DNA of 64,000 bases from a virus (Duplodnaviria > Caudoviricetes). The notes below the pieces were generated by a model. That model was given only the letters and a program-made list of their open reading frames with translations, did no database searches and was not told where the DNA came from. Shown here one piece after another: positions 7,707 to 17,519 of the stretch. Numbering within the stretch: position 1 is the first letter of the stretch; each line of letters begins with the position of its first letter. The DNA lies in IMG/VR virus record IMGVR_UViG_3300021387_000688. One strand, given 5' to 3'. The translations under genes were made by a program, and so were the position numbers.

Positions 7707-10058
7707 TTATTGTAAAATTGTTGCAGTTATATTGTTGTAATACATTACTGTATCCCAATCAGAAGTTACTGTAAAGTCTGCAGGTTCAATTGAGAAAGAA
7801 GCGTTACAGGTTCTATAATCAATTGCAGATTGCAAACTTGCATAAGCTTTAGACCTTATGGTTTCCCAACCCGTGGATTTCATATTTCCTTTATAACCTA
7901 ACAATGCAACTACTTCTTCTGCAGGAATGAATAAGTAAGCTTCACAACCCTGAGATGTAGGATTGAAGTAGTAGTAAGGGGTTGTAAATAATCCAAATGA
8001 ACCTTTCAAGTTAGAAGAGAAGTCTTGCAAATCAGCTCTGGTGAAAGTGTGCTTTTCTTTTAAAGTTTCTGCCAATGTATACCTGTTACTAGAAGATGTT
8101 GCTCCCCATACCTTATACATCTGCGTACTACCCATATTGGATTTTACAGAGTCTCCTGGCAATGCAGTCTTATCATTACTAACATCGTCTGTAATTACAT
8201 AAGTAACTTTATTACCTGCAATTGACAAATTGTATACACCTACTACTTGGTTACCATCTTTGCTGTTTTTACAGCATAAACCATCTTTACCAGTTACATC
8301 CAATTTCAATTTAGGGAATTCGAATTTGAATCCGAAATAATCTTTATCCCCGATTTCTATAGATAACAACTCTGTAGAGTTTACTGTTAATAAACTTGTA
8401 TTCCAAATAGATGCAATATTGTCACTAAACTGTAAACTGCGTTTAATCAATTCAGATTGATTATAAGCATCAATTGTATTAGTATTTGGTTTACCTACTT
8501 CTGAATAAAGATGTGCGGCCAAATCAGATTCAAACCTTTCTGGAGAAATAATAGAGTTGTGCAACTCTACTTCTATTGCAGAATCGATTTCTACAATGTT
8601 TGGACTTACATATTTAATAATTTTGTTAGACAATACCTTATCGTTAATTACCAAATTAGAAATCTTATTGAAAAGAGAAATCTCAGTAGGTGTCAAAGGA
8701 TTCAAAGCTGTTGATAATCCTGTTACTCCGATTACGTTTCTATACATTGCTACATCATTTAACATTGTCTTTTCATAGAATGTTTTAATAATAGTTTTGA
8801 TAAGAGGAATAGGAGAAACCAAATTCAAGTTATCATTAAGCTCTGAAATTGTGTGCAGGATTTTATAGTTTTTAGAATAAGCAGTTTCTGCATTGGCTTT
8901 AAATTCTGCCAACGTTTCCAAATCTTTACCACCTATAATAGGCCATACATTTTGACAACCTATAGCGAATGGAATGTTATTTGAACTGAATTCTGGAATT
9001 GTAGGATTTTCAAAATCTACTGTTTTTGGAATAGTAATAGAATATTTGAAAGAATACAAATCATTGATGTTACCTGCTTCACCCCTTGTCTCCAAATAAT
9101 GTAAAGTAATCTTTGCACCATCAGGAGGAATAGCACCGTTTACGCCATCTCCGAATTTGATTTCGGTTCCAGATAAGTCATCTGTAATGTTTATTTCAAA
9201 TACTTTATCTGTTGCAGTAGCTACACCTAAGTGTTGAATTTCTTCCCAATGTTCGTTATCCCCTTCTACTTCAACCCAGCAGAATTGAGAAGTATAATAA
9301 CTGTCTGCTGCTTCAATATCTACAGTACCTAACATAAAAGATTGGGCTGCAGTATTATCAGAATTTCCTAAGTAAGTAGTTTTTTGAACACCTTGTACAA
9401 TTGGTACTACAAGATATTTATATCCTTCCCAACCACCGGAAGCTCTAAAGGAATTATATAAAGAAGCTTTGTTGTAAATACGAGACCATTTTTGTTCCCA
9501 AGTTTTAATAGTACAGTGTTTAGCACAAACAAATTCTGTACCATTATTTGCAGTAAAGATAGCTCCTACAGGAACCGAATATTTGGTAGTAGGAATCCAA
9601 GGTACTAAAGCAGACTTAAATGTATTTGCATCGTCTACTAAAGAATCATCAAGGTTTATAAGTTCTCCATCATCATAGTTACTTTCTGTATCAATGTTTA
9701 CAATTGATTTACCGATATTAGAGAATCTTGTATTACCTTCCAAGTCAGAATGGCTTACAATAATAGTTCCTACAGCGCTGTGTTTTCTGTTTAGTTTTTT
9801 AGAAACCAACTTAGCCATATGCTTAGTTGATGGGAAGTTTCTACTAGTATCCCATTTTAATTCCTGAAGTAAATATTCTCCGTACCTGGCAATCTCAGCA
9901 TTAGATTCTGCATGAGTTTCAATAAGTTGGTGAACGGCACCACCTACTTGTACGTTCTTCCATTTTGATTTCTTTTGTAAAACGGCTAATTCCCTTTCTG
10001 TAATTGCCTCTGGATCAAATCGTTTAATTTTGGGGCCTCCAAATATCTTATTTTTCAA
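7707..10058 (-). CDS. Baseplate wedge subunit (T4 gp6-like); probable true start ATT at 10028
   Basis: IKFGDGVNGAIPPDGAKITLHYLETRGEAGN and GGKDLETLAEFK motifs typical of gp6/baseplate J-like proteins. Confidence 0.8.
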   Translation of the reverse strand: MKNKIFGGPKIKRFDPEAITERELAVLQKKSKWKNVQVGGAVHQLIETHAESNAEIARYGEYLLQELKWDTSRNFPSTKHMAKLVSKKLNRKHSAVGTIIVSHSDLEGNTRFSNIGKSIVNIDTESNYDDGELINLDDSLVDDANTFKSALVPWIPTTKYSVPVGAIFTANNGTEFVCAKHCTIKTWEQKWSRIYNKASLYNSFRASGGWEGYKYLVVPIVQGVQKTTYLGNSDNTAAQSFMLGTVDIEAADSYYTSQFCWVEVEGDNEHWEEIQHLGVATATDKVFEINITDDLSGTEIKFGDGVNGAIPPDGAKITLHYLETRGEAGNINDLYSFKYSITIPKTVDFENPTIPEFSSNNIPFAIGCQNVWPIIGGKDLETLAEFKANAETAYSKNYKILHTISELNDNLNLVSPIPLIKTIIKTFYEKTMLNDVAMYRNVIGVTGLSTALNPLTPTEISLFNKISNLVINDKVLSNKIIKYVSPNIVEIDSAIEVELHNSIISPERFESDLAAHLYSEVGKPNTNTIDAYNQSELIKRSLQFSDNIASIWNTSLLTVNSTELLSIEIGDKDYFGFKFEFPKLKLDVTGKDGLCCKNSKDGNQVVGVYNLSIAGNKVTYVITDDVSNDKTALPGDSVKSNMGSTQMYKVWGATSSSNRYTLAETLKEKHTFTRADLQDFSSNLKGSFGLFTTPYYYFNPTSQGCEAYLFIPAEEVVALLGYKGNMKSTGWETIRSKAYASLQSAIDYRTCNASFSIEPADFTVTSDWDTVMYYNNITATILQ

Positions 10059-10095
10059 TTAGTGAATACTTCTATAATTAAGAACTAAATATCTT

Positions 10096-12102
10096 ATGAG
10101 TGACTTTATAAATCCAGGTTTTTACGAGAAAGTAAGATTAGATCAGCATGGTAATGTTATAGATGCAGGGCATTTGGAAGCAAAAGATATTCCTGAGCAT
10201 AAACACACCTTAGCGGATTTAGATGCAGATGAAATCCAAAGAAAGGTAATAGAAACTTTATCTACTATATTTGCAAACTCTGAAAGTTCTGCAGTTATAT
10301 TTGATTGGGACCCTTACACTAACACTGTTTCTGCAGATGTTAACATTGATGATGAAACTATTACTAAAAACGAATATGGCCAATTAATTGGTTGCTCTAG
10401 TTCCATAAGTGAAGGAACTGACTTAAACTTGGATGACGTATTAGAGGCTATAAATCCTAAACTAGAAAAACTTAAGAAAGAAATGAATGAAGATATCTCC
10501 AAAATGTTTGTAGATGATATGAACGATGGAGTTAAATTCGATTTCGATAAAACAACTAATACCTTCTCCGCAGATGTTAAAATAGATGGTGTTACTATTA
10601 TTAAAAATGAATTCGGGGAATTATGCGTAGCGTTAGGAGAAGGAGGAGAAGTAAGTCCTGTTAATACTAGTTGTGCTACTCATACTCATACTCATAATGA
10701 CATTGAAGATTTTGCAGACGCCGTTAAGAATTTATTTGAACAGTGGGCTCAAGCTATTAATATTGACATTTCTAACTACATTGATAATGAAACAATTATA
10801 TTAAATGAGTATGGCCAGATTAGTTCCGTATCCAACATTGTAAAGAAACATACTCATAAGATGGAAGATATTACAGATTACGTTCCTCCAGATCCTGCTG
10901 CCCGTCAAGCTATGAAAGATTTAGGAGAAGATGTAGTTTACGATTTAGGTGTAATTGATTTTGAAGAATTAAACATCGGATATTCTATCTTAGCTTTAAG
11001 TCAATATATTAAAGATGTTGTACTTAAAAAAATTGATAGAGTTACTAATCTTCTTGCAGAGTTTGAATTAAACAACGGGGGCAACGGAATTGGATCTGTA
11101 TTGAAAATAGATCCAAATAGCCTTTCAAATGATTTATATGATAAGATAAGTAAAGTATACCGCAGGGTTTACTATACAAACGCTTTATGGTTGATATTGG
11201 ATTATTTGCCAAAAGCAACTGGTATCATGAAACTTATCATCAATGATAATGAAGTTGATAGATGTAGTTTAGATTCTTTACAATATATTGGTTCTGGAGC
11301 AGGTGGATTTGTAGTGCAAAGAACCTACGTTAAAGGTATCGGCATAGCTAAGGTTATAAGAATTAACATGGCCAACTACATTCAAAGTGAAGGTATCTTT
11401 AATATAAGAATAGAATTCGAATCCGATGGAGGGGTTAAAGATTCATTGCCTTCTTTAACTATTGCAACTTCTCCTTATAAATCCTTACCATATGAAATTG
11501 AAGACGTTACTCAAACTCATAAAATAGGTAAGAATAATTATTACGATGTACCTACAGTTTACCGTTATAGAGTTTCTATTAAAGATTATGCAAACTATAG
11601 ATTTATAAACGATGTTGCAGGCTTTAAGAATGGTTATTTTGAGCACGATTACTTTGGCGACGTTGATATTTCTGTACCAAACTTATTTGAGCCTACTCAA
11701 CTTTCTTTACAGTTTAAGTTAAATCCAGAAGTAAGTAAATCTGAATTGTACCAGCTTGTTAAAGATGTAAGAAATTCTGTTATTGTAAATGATGTCTGGG
11801 TTCCAAACAATTCAATTGCAGAAGCAATCTTTGAAATCCCTAGAAGTGAAAAATATAACTCTATTAGAATTTGGGGAATCGATAATGATTCGTTTAGTAT
11901 TACAAAAGGTGAGTTAGTAGCAGATGCTCGTGTAGAAGCAGAATATCCTAACCACGCCGGAAGAATCTTTAACGAAGCAGATTACAAGTTGTTATCTTTC
12001 TTAGATTGTTACGACAACGGTAGGACAAAAATGCAACTACACTTAAAAGGCGGCAATCAAGTAAACCTTGCAAATGTTTACTTTGAATTGGAAAATATTT
12101 AA
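10096..12102 (+). CDS. Tail-fibre-like structural protein with HxH repeats
   Basis: HKHTLADL, HTHTHNDI and KHTHKMEDI motifs; repeated SADV.ID..TI.KNE.G.L modules; ACTAAATA 4 nt before ATG. Confidence 0.6.
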   Translation: MSDFINPGFYEKVRLDQHGNVIDAGHLEAKDIPEHKHTLADLDADEIQRKVIETLSTIFANSESSAVIFDWDPYTNTVSADVNIDDETITKNEYGQLIGCSSSISEGTDLNLDDVLEAINPKLEKLKKEMNEDISKMFVDDMNDGVKFDFDKTTNTFSADVKIDGVTIIKNEFGELCVALGEGGEVSPVNTSCATHTHTHNDIEDFADAVKNLFEQWAQAINIDISNYIDNETIILNEYGQISSVSNIVKKHTHKMEDITDYVPPDPAARQAMKDLGEDVVYDLGVIDFEELNIGYSILALSQYIKDVVLKKIDRVTNLLAEFELNNGGNGIGSVLKIDPNSLSNDLYDKISKVYRRVYYTNALWLILDYLPKATGIMKLIINDNEVDRCSLDSLQYIGSGAGGFVVQRTYVKGIGIAKVIRINMANYIQSEGIFNIRIEFESDGGVKDSLPSLTIATSPYKSLPYEIEDVTQTHKIGKNNYYDVPTVYRYRVSIKDYANYRFINDVAGFKNGYFEHDYFGDVDISVPNLFEPTQLSLQFKLNPEVSKSELYQLVKDVRNSVIVNDVWVPNNSIAEAIFEIPRSEKYNSIRIWGIDNDSFSITKGELVADARVEAEYPNHAGRIFNEADYKLLSFLDCYDNGRTKMQLHLKGGNQVNLANVYFELENI

Positions 12103-12395
12103 CCTTTAGGTAATGTCTTTCCTTTTTCATCCATAGTTGGCCAAAGGTTTACAACATTAATGGTATCGTTATCAGCTACAAGATCGAATCCTTCTTCATC
12201 AAACTCTACCTGCCCCTCTTCATTGCGTTTAGCAAGTTCGATAGCCTCTTCTTCGGTTTTAGCCATTACAGTTACCCTATCAGAAACAGAAGCAGTATAA
12301 CTACGTTCTACTACCCACTTAACCGGCTTATCCAGGGCTTTAACGGGCTGATTTTCCAAGAATGCGTCAATATCCTTACCAGATACTTTTTCCAT
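12099..12395 (-). CDS. Hypothetical protein
   Basis: AAGGAG SD before ATG 12395; contains the VMAKTEEEAIELAK phage motif. Confidence 0.7.
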   Translation of the reverse strand: MEKVSGKDIDAFLENQPVKALDKPVKWVVERSYTASVSDRVTVMAKTEEEAIELAKRNEEGQVEFDEEGFDLVADNDTINVVNLWPTMDEKGKTLPKG

Positions 12396-12476
12396 GGTTT
12401 TTCTCCTTAATAAACAATATAGTAGGGGTTTCGGATTTTGGCAAAATAAAAGCCCCTTATTCAAAGGGGCTTGTAA

Positions 12477-13016
12477 TTACTTCTTAGAGAAAACTTCTCC
12501 AGTTAGGCTAGAAGTAAAATTGTGTTTTGTCCACTTGTAAACAACTGAACCATCTGCCAAGTAGGTATAATGGATTGGCAAACCTTTCTGCTTACGAATC
12601 TTTGTTACGTCGGATCCGTTCGGCAAATCGTTACCTTTAATGCTGTTACAAATAGTACACAAACACTGTGCATTTGTAAGACTGTTAGAACCTCCAAGAG
12701 ATTTTGGCTCTACATGGTCCCAAGTTAGTAATACTTCCTGTCCACCTGCATCAATTCCGTAAAAGTTTAAGTGTGTTTGTTCTGGAGTAGCAATATGTGC
12801 TTCTACGCAAGCATACTTTGCTGCAATACCACAGAACTCGCATACCAAGTTCTTATGTACCCAAAGAAGTTTCATTCGTGTACTTTTACAGTTTACACTC
12901 ATTCCGTTTGGGAACAAAATCTTACTTTCAAGAACTGGTGGAATCTCAGGAAGGGATACTTTGATATACCGGATGTACTTGTCTTTAGTAATCAACGGCG
13001 TTTCAAAAATCTCCAT
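12477..13016 (-). CDS. HNH endonuclease
   Basis: CEFC...TWDHVEPKSLGGSNSLTNAQCLCTICNSIKGN. Confidence 0.85.
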   Translation of the reverse strand: MEIFETPLITKDKYIRYIKVSLPEIPPVLESKILFPNGMSVNCKSTRMKLLWVHKNLVCEFCGIAAKYACVEAHIATPEQTHLNFYGIDAGGQEVLLTWDHVEPKSLGGSNSLTNAQCLCTICNSIKGNDLPNGSDVTKIRKQKGLPIHYTYLADGSVVYKWTKHNFTSSLTGEVFSKK

Positions 13017-13029
13017 ACCTAAAACCTCC

Positions 13030-13602
13030 TTACTGTTTTAGTCCTTTCTTTGCTTTCTCGTAGCATTTTTCTATAGCTAAGAAAACATCTGCCAATTTTG
13101 CAAAATAAACAGCTGCCTGCCTAGCTCTATAAGCTAATGGATATTTCATAATACCGTCGTCTTCGTAGCAACGTTTTACTGCGGCATCGGAATAATTCAG
13201 ATTGAAAATTTCTTTAAAATTTTCATCATCTTTCTTTTCCTTTCTGCGCCAGTTACCAATCTTAGCATTCATGTCATGGCATAACCATTCATCCTGTAAC
13301 AAAGAGCGAACGGAATCTTTGTGACCATTGAAATCTAAGAATGTTTCAACATCCTTGTCTTTAGCATTTATGATTTCGGCTTCCGCATCGCTAGGAATTT
13401 CTCTGAAAGGATCTTGCAACTTTACTTCTACTGCACGAAGTATCATTTCAGGGTGTTTAGATGTAACAGTTGCAATCCAATCCTCTCTACCTGCGTCGTC
13501 CAAGTTGTCATTGAAAATAGAAGCATCGCTCATGCAATAAAAGAAAGCGTCTTCGGTTTCGCTATAATATTGACCGCCTTGGTTTTTGATTACATATTCC
13601 AT
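13030..13602 (-). CDS. Hypothetical early protein
   Basis: Class I promoter and AAGGAGATACAA-ATG. Confidence 0.7.
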   Translation of the reverse strand: MEYVIKNQGGQYYSETEDAFFYCMSDASIFNDNLDDAGREDWIATVTSKHPEMILRAVEVKLQDPFREIPSDAEAEIINAKDKDVETFLDFNGHKDSVRSLLQDEWLCHDMNAKIGNWRRKEKKDDENFKEIFNLNYSDAAVKRCYEDDGIMKYPLAYRARQAAVYFAKLADVFLAIEKCYEKAKKGLKQ

Positions 13603-13632
13603 TTGTATCTCCTTGATTATAATATAGAGAAA

Positions 13633-13923
13633 TCAAGATTCCTGGTTTTCCAATTCCAAGTATTCTTTTATTGATTCTATATCAATATGATCGTAGAAGC
13701 GGTTACCATCTTCATCTTCAAAAACCATTGGGAAGAAACCTCTATAATTTGGATGTTCATCTTCATAACAGATTCCAATAGGGGTACAACCCGGATGGGT
13801 TTCATAAAAAACATTCATCATGTTTTCAATACCTTCACAAAGGAATCTGTTGTCCCCGTCATGCTCACCTTCGTTCTCAATTGAAATCCTATTATCGATA
13901 AAATAAAAATCGTCTTTTAACAT
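13633..13923 (-). CDS. Hypothetical acidic protein
   Basis: ORF within an operon with overlapping neighbours. Confidence 0.65.
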   Translation of the reverse strand: MLKDDFYFIDNRISIENEGEHDGDNRFLCEGIENMMNVFYETHPGCTPIGICYEDEHPNYRGFFPMVFEDEDGNRFYDHIDIESIKEYLELENQES

Positions 13924-14087
13924 TCTCTACTCCAATTAATCAAAGCTTTGATTCTTTGTTTTTCTGAAAGGGTTGCATCGTAAACCTGCAACTTATAATC
14001 ATGGATGTGGATGTCTCCTAAAAGCATTCTCATTCTTTGAATAACTTGGCTGGGGGACATTTCCAAATAAATAGGTGGTTGATTCAT
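13917..14087 (-). CDS. Small hypothetical protein (56 aa)
   Basis: GAGG SD; MNQPPIYLEMSPSQ...; fills an operon gap; below the track cutoff. Confidence 0.55.
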   Translation of the reverse strand: MNQPPIYLEMSPSQVIQRMRMLLGDIHIHDYKLQVYDATLSEKQRIKALINWSREC

Positions 14088-14089
14088 AT

Positions 14090-14380
14090 TTATCCTCTCA
14101 ATTCTTTAATCCAATCAATGATTACATTGGTATCTGGGCTCAATTGATTTACGTGTTTAACAGCAGTCATAATGTCTACTAAATCCCCTTCGGTGTCCAT
14201 TGTACCTTCAGGTTTTCTTAATACAGTACACCCTACTACATTACCTCCTGTACGTTTCAATTCAGGGGTTTGATAAGTATAGCGGATATAAAGTTTTTCT
14301 CCTTCATATCCTGTTACAGATTCTAACATTACTTTATTAGCTTCATAAACCATTACAATGCTCCTTTGCGTAAGTTTCAA
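14090..14380 (-). CDS. Hypothetical protein
   Basis: Operon context. Confidence 0.6.
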   Translation of the reverse strand: MKLTQRSIVMVYEANKVMLESVTGYEGEKLYIRYTYQTPELKRTGGNVVGCTVLRKPEGTMDTEGDLVDIMTAVKHVNQLSPDTNVIIDWIKELRG

Positions 14381-15284
14381 CTTCTTCTTTGTTGAGAATT
14401 TTTTCTTTTAATTTCCTATCTCTATCAAAGAACCAAACTTTAACATCTTCTTTCTCTACAACATATGTGATGCGGTCATTAAGTTGACGGCTCTGCATAA
14501 TATCTTCAACTTTTCGAATAATAGGAGTAATAGGTCGGTCTCCTAGTGGCCTTCTTGTATCGTAATAACAATTTGACATGAATCCGCCAATGAGATGGAA
14601 AATAGCTCTTTCAAATGGAGTGATTTCTTCCCAACTTCTATAAATAGGATCATCGTATTTTACATTGTCGGCTACCCCTTCAGGAATCTCTTGCATGATT
14701 GGCTCCTCGTGTGCAACTCTAAAAGATTCCGATCCCATAACTTTCATATTACGGCAAGCAATGAAATCTTCATTCGTCAATTCTTTATTAATATTCCTTT
14801 CATGAGATTTTGCCCACTGAGCTTCTTTTCCAAAAACATCCATAAACAAACCTGGGCGGCTACGGTCACAGAAGTTTTCGGCTTTATCCAAAGTAGTGTT
14901 GAGCAGTTTCAAAGCTTTAACATAATGCTTCTTATAGTAATCTCTTTCCTCGATATCCTTCTGCCACTCCTCGTCATTTTTATAAGCCCGGCAAGTATGA
15001 AAATCGTCATCCCAATCCCCGCAAGGACAGATTGTTTTTGTATTTTTCAAATCAGCAATCAACTTGTTGGCTTCCATTAAATCTTGTTTTGTCTTTGTAT
15101 TGAAATTGGTTAATTGCTGATGATAAAGACTCAAATAAATAGTAACATACATTTTTTTAAAAAGATCTGCCACGCTACTATCATATTGTTCATCTATTTT
15201 ATTTCGAGAAATAAAACGCTTAGCATTTTGCTTTGCTTTATTTCTCAACATTTCTTTAGTTTCATCTCTTCTCTTTTTTGCCAT
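14343..15284 (-). CDS. Hypothetical protein
   Basis: 313-aa ORF in operon context. Confidence 0.7.
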   Translation of the reverse strand: MAKKRRDETKEMLRNKAKQNAKRFISRNKIDEQYDSSVADLFKKMYVTIYLSLYHQQLTNFNTKTKQDLMEANKLIADLKNTKTICPCGDWDDDFHTCRAYKNDEEWQKDIEERDYYKKHYVKALKLLNTTLDKAENFCDRSRPGLFMDVFGKEAQWAKSHERNINKELTNEDFIACRNMKVMGSESFRVAHEEPIMQEIPEGVADNVKYDDPIYRSWEEITPFERAIFHLIGGFMSNCYYDTRRPLGDRPITPIIRKVEDIMQSRQLNDRITYVVEKEDVKVWFFDRDRKLKEKILNKEEVETYAKEHCNGL

Positions 15285-15750
15285 ATTCTACTTCCTTTGT
15301 AAACACCCATTCGTTTCCGTCTATTTCAAAAACCTTTTTAGAGAGCCTCCAATAATGACTGGCAGCTTCCCCTACTTCTTTTTTGAAGAAATTGTAACAT
15401 TCCCTTTTTGTACCTTCGAAAACCTGCACTTTGTTTTTATAAACTTTTGTAGGCAGATTTGCTCTCTGCGCTTGTACAATTTTAGCTTTTTCTTTTCGGA
15501 TTTCTGTTTCTGTAATCTGTAACAGTTTACGGAAATACAAAAGATAAGCATAATATTTCTGATATGAGTATAAGTCGCATTCTTGTTCTTCTTCGTGGAA
15601 TCCTGTACACGGAGAATAGGATTGCCAATCATTGATGTCTAAAGGGTCTTTACCCTTTTCCCAACATGTTTTAAGCATTCCTTTCATGCTGCGAATTTCG
15701 CCATTATAGTAATAGGCTTTACGTTGAAGTTGTTTTAATCTCTCGTACAT
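15262..15750 (-). CDS. Hypothetical protein
   Basis: Operon context. Confidence 0.65.
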   Translation of the reverse strand: MYERLKQLQRKAYYYNGEIRSMKGMLKTCWEKGKDPLDINDWQSYSPCTGFHEEEQECDLYSYQKYYAYLLYFRKLLQITETEIRKEKAKIVQAQRANLPTKVYKNKVQVFEGTKRECYNFFKKEVGEAASHYWRLSKKVFEIDGNEWVFTKEVEYGKKEKR

Positions 15751-15751
15751 A

Positions 15752-15913
15752 TTATTTTTCCGTTTCTTTAAATTCGTTGATTGTTTTAGCCATGATAGTG
15801 CAAAGGTCTTCGTATTTGAGACCGGCTTTCAAAGCTTCCTGAATTGCAGTTTTAAGGTTTGTCTTTGCGACATCCTTTTTACCTTGTTCAATTTTCTTTC
15901 CATCCCATTTCAT
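15752..15913 (-). CDS. Small hypothetical protein (53 aa)
   Basis: MKWDGKKIEQGKK...; fills an operon gap. Confidence 0.55.
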   Translation of the reverse strand: MKWDGKKIEQGKKDVAKTNLKTAIQEALKAGLKYEDLCTIMAKTINEFKETEK

Positions 15914-15923
15914 GGCTTACCCC

Positions 15924-16199
15924 TTATTTCTTAAAAGCATCCTTAAAAGGATTATATTTATAATCATCTTCTTCTACCTGATTTGGTAATTTCTGAAACT
16001 TTGCATTTGGAGAATCTTTTCCATCTGGCATCCAACCATCGTGATCCCCATCCACATATCCTCTCCAACAAGTCATATCAATACAACTGTTTCCTGAAAA
16101 ACGAATACAACCACAGTTTTTGCAAGACTTTCCATCTTTTTTACACTGTTCTTCAATTTGTTTAAGTTCGTTCATCATTGAATCATCAAGCCAATCCAT
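15924..16199 (-). CDS. Cys-rich hypothetical protein
   Basis: CKNCGC...C...C motif. Confidence 0.6.
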   Translation of the reverse strand: MDWLDDSMMNELKQIEEQCKKDGKSCKNCGCIRFSGNSCIDMTCWRGYVDGDHDGWMPDGKDSPNAKFQKLPNQVEEDDYKYNPFKDAFKK

Positions 16200-16206
16200 A
16201 AACTAC

Positions 16207-16293
16207 CTACTTCAATGTTCTTCTACAAAACGGACATTTATCCCCGATTTTACCAAAACCCCTATAGCAATATTTACAATGAACATATTTCAT
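16207..16293 (-). CDS. 28-aa zinc-ribbon micropeptide
   Basis: MKYVHCKYCYRGFGKIGDKCPFCRRTLK; ATG overlaps the upstream stop. Confidence 0.55.
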   Translation of the reverse strand: MKYVHCKYCYRGFGKIGDKCPFCRRTLK

Positions 16294-16493
16294 TATTTTA
16301 CTTCTCCCTGCAACATCAAGTTTATTGTAAGTGTTGCAACCTGTTCTTTGATTTTTGATTTCTGCATAATAGTATATGCATTTTCAAGCCAAACTTTAGG
16401 AGTTTTAGCTACCTGCTTATAAAAAAGTCTTTCGCTAACGCCATGGAGCGAACTGTTCTGTAAAATTTCTTCTGCGATTGCTTTCTTGGTCAT
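16293..16493 (-). CDS. Hypothetical early protein
   Basis: Class I promoter and AAGAGGTACAAT-ATG. Confidence 0.7.
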   Translation of the reverse strand: MTKKAIAEEILQNSSLHGVSERLFYKQVAKTPKVWLENAYTIMQKSKIKEQVATLTINLMLQGEVK

Positions 16494-16584
16494 ATTGTAC
16501 CTCTTGATTATAATATAGGTTTTTCGGGTTTAAGTTTTTTCCAAAAAGAAACCCGATTCCTAAGAATCGGGTGCCATTTATTTT

Positions 16585-16962
16585 TTAGCGTTCCTGCTTT
16601 TCGATCTTTTCGATATGGTCTGCAACTTCTGGATGAAGCCGTTTCCATTCTTCAATTGTTTCTGGCTTTGCAATACCAAGAATTTCTTCACGGCAAGTAA
16701 TATAGCCATTGTCAAAATCAGATGCAAACACGCCGAAAATCTTTCTTCCCATTTTGTTTGGATCACAACCAAAACCACTTGATGCAAAATAAAGCTGATT
16801 CAATTTGTTAGCGTATTCAGCTTTCATCCAATGGTTTTCAACGGAAGTCTTCATATCCAAAACAACCCACTTACCTGTAAAGTTGTCATAATGAGATCCT
16901 GGAAGGATGTCATCTTCTGTAAAAAGATCAAACTCTTTTTCTATTGTAATCATTGTTCCCAT
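16585..16962 (-). CDS. Hypothetical protein
   Basis: AGGAGGTACAAAT-ATG; contains an ASSGFGCDP motif. Confidence 0.7.
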   Translation of the reverse strand: MGTMITIEKEFDLFTEDDILPGSHYDNFTGKWVVLDMKTSVENHWMKAEYANKLNQLYFASSGFGCDPNKMGRKIFGVFASDFDNGYITCREEILGIAKPETIEEWKRLHPEVADHIEKIEKQER

Positions 16963-16980
16963 ATTTGTACCTCCTATGGA

Positions 16981-17406
16981 TTAGTCCCAATACATATGCA
17001 TATAATCTGAAGTGCAAACACTTACACTTGCAGAGCCATCATAATTTGGAGATTTGAACCAGATGTGACCATCTTTTTCACTTACCTTAATTCGAACTGT
17101 TTTGATGATTTCTTCTTTTGTAAACTGATTTCTTTCTGGAACTGGATTGCCATCTTTATCTCTTACAATTCTTGTCCATCGATATGTTGGATCACCATCT
17201 GGTTCTTGTCCTGCATCTTCTGCTGAACATGTTTCCCATTTGATTTCGCGGAGCTTCAAAGACTTGGCTGTTTTACCTACTACTTCGTAATAGTCAGCCA
17301 TTCCCCACCAAGAACAGCGGAATATCAATCCAATGAAAACATTGTCCATGGTTACTGGTTTGCCAGCCAATTCAGATATTTTTGAGTCGTATTCTACCTT
17401 GTTCAT
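16981..17406 (-). CDS. Hypothetical early protein
   Basis: Class I promoter and SD; SWWGMADYYEVVGKT motif. Confidence 0.7.
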   Translation of the reverse strand: MNKVEYDSKISELAGKPVTMDNVFIGLIFRCSWWGMADYYEVVGKTAKSLKLREIKWETCSAEDAGQEPDGDPTYRWTRIVRDKDGNPVPERNQFTKEEIIKTVRIKVSEKDGHIWFKSPNYDGSASVSVCTSDYMHMYWD

Positions 17407-17519
17407 AATTTATACCTCTTGTTAATAATATCGCAATTTTTGGAAACTGGTTTATCGAAAAAGGCAAAAAATAACTCCGAAATTTTTTCATTCGGAGTTT
17501 TTTATAAAAGAAATTAAAA

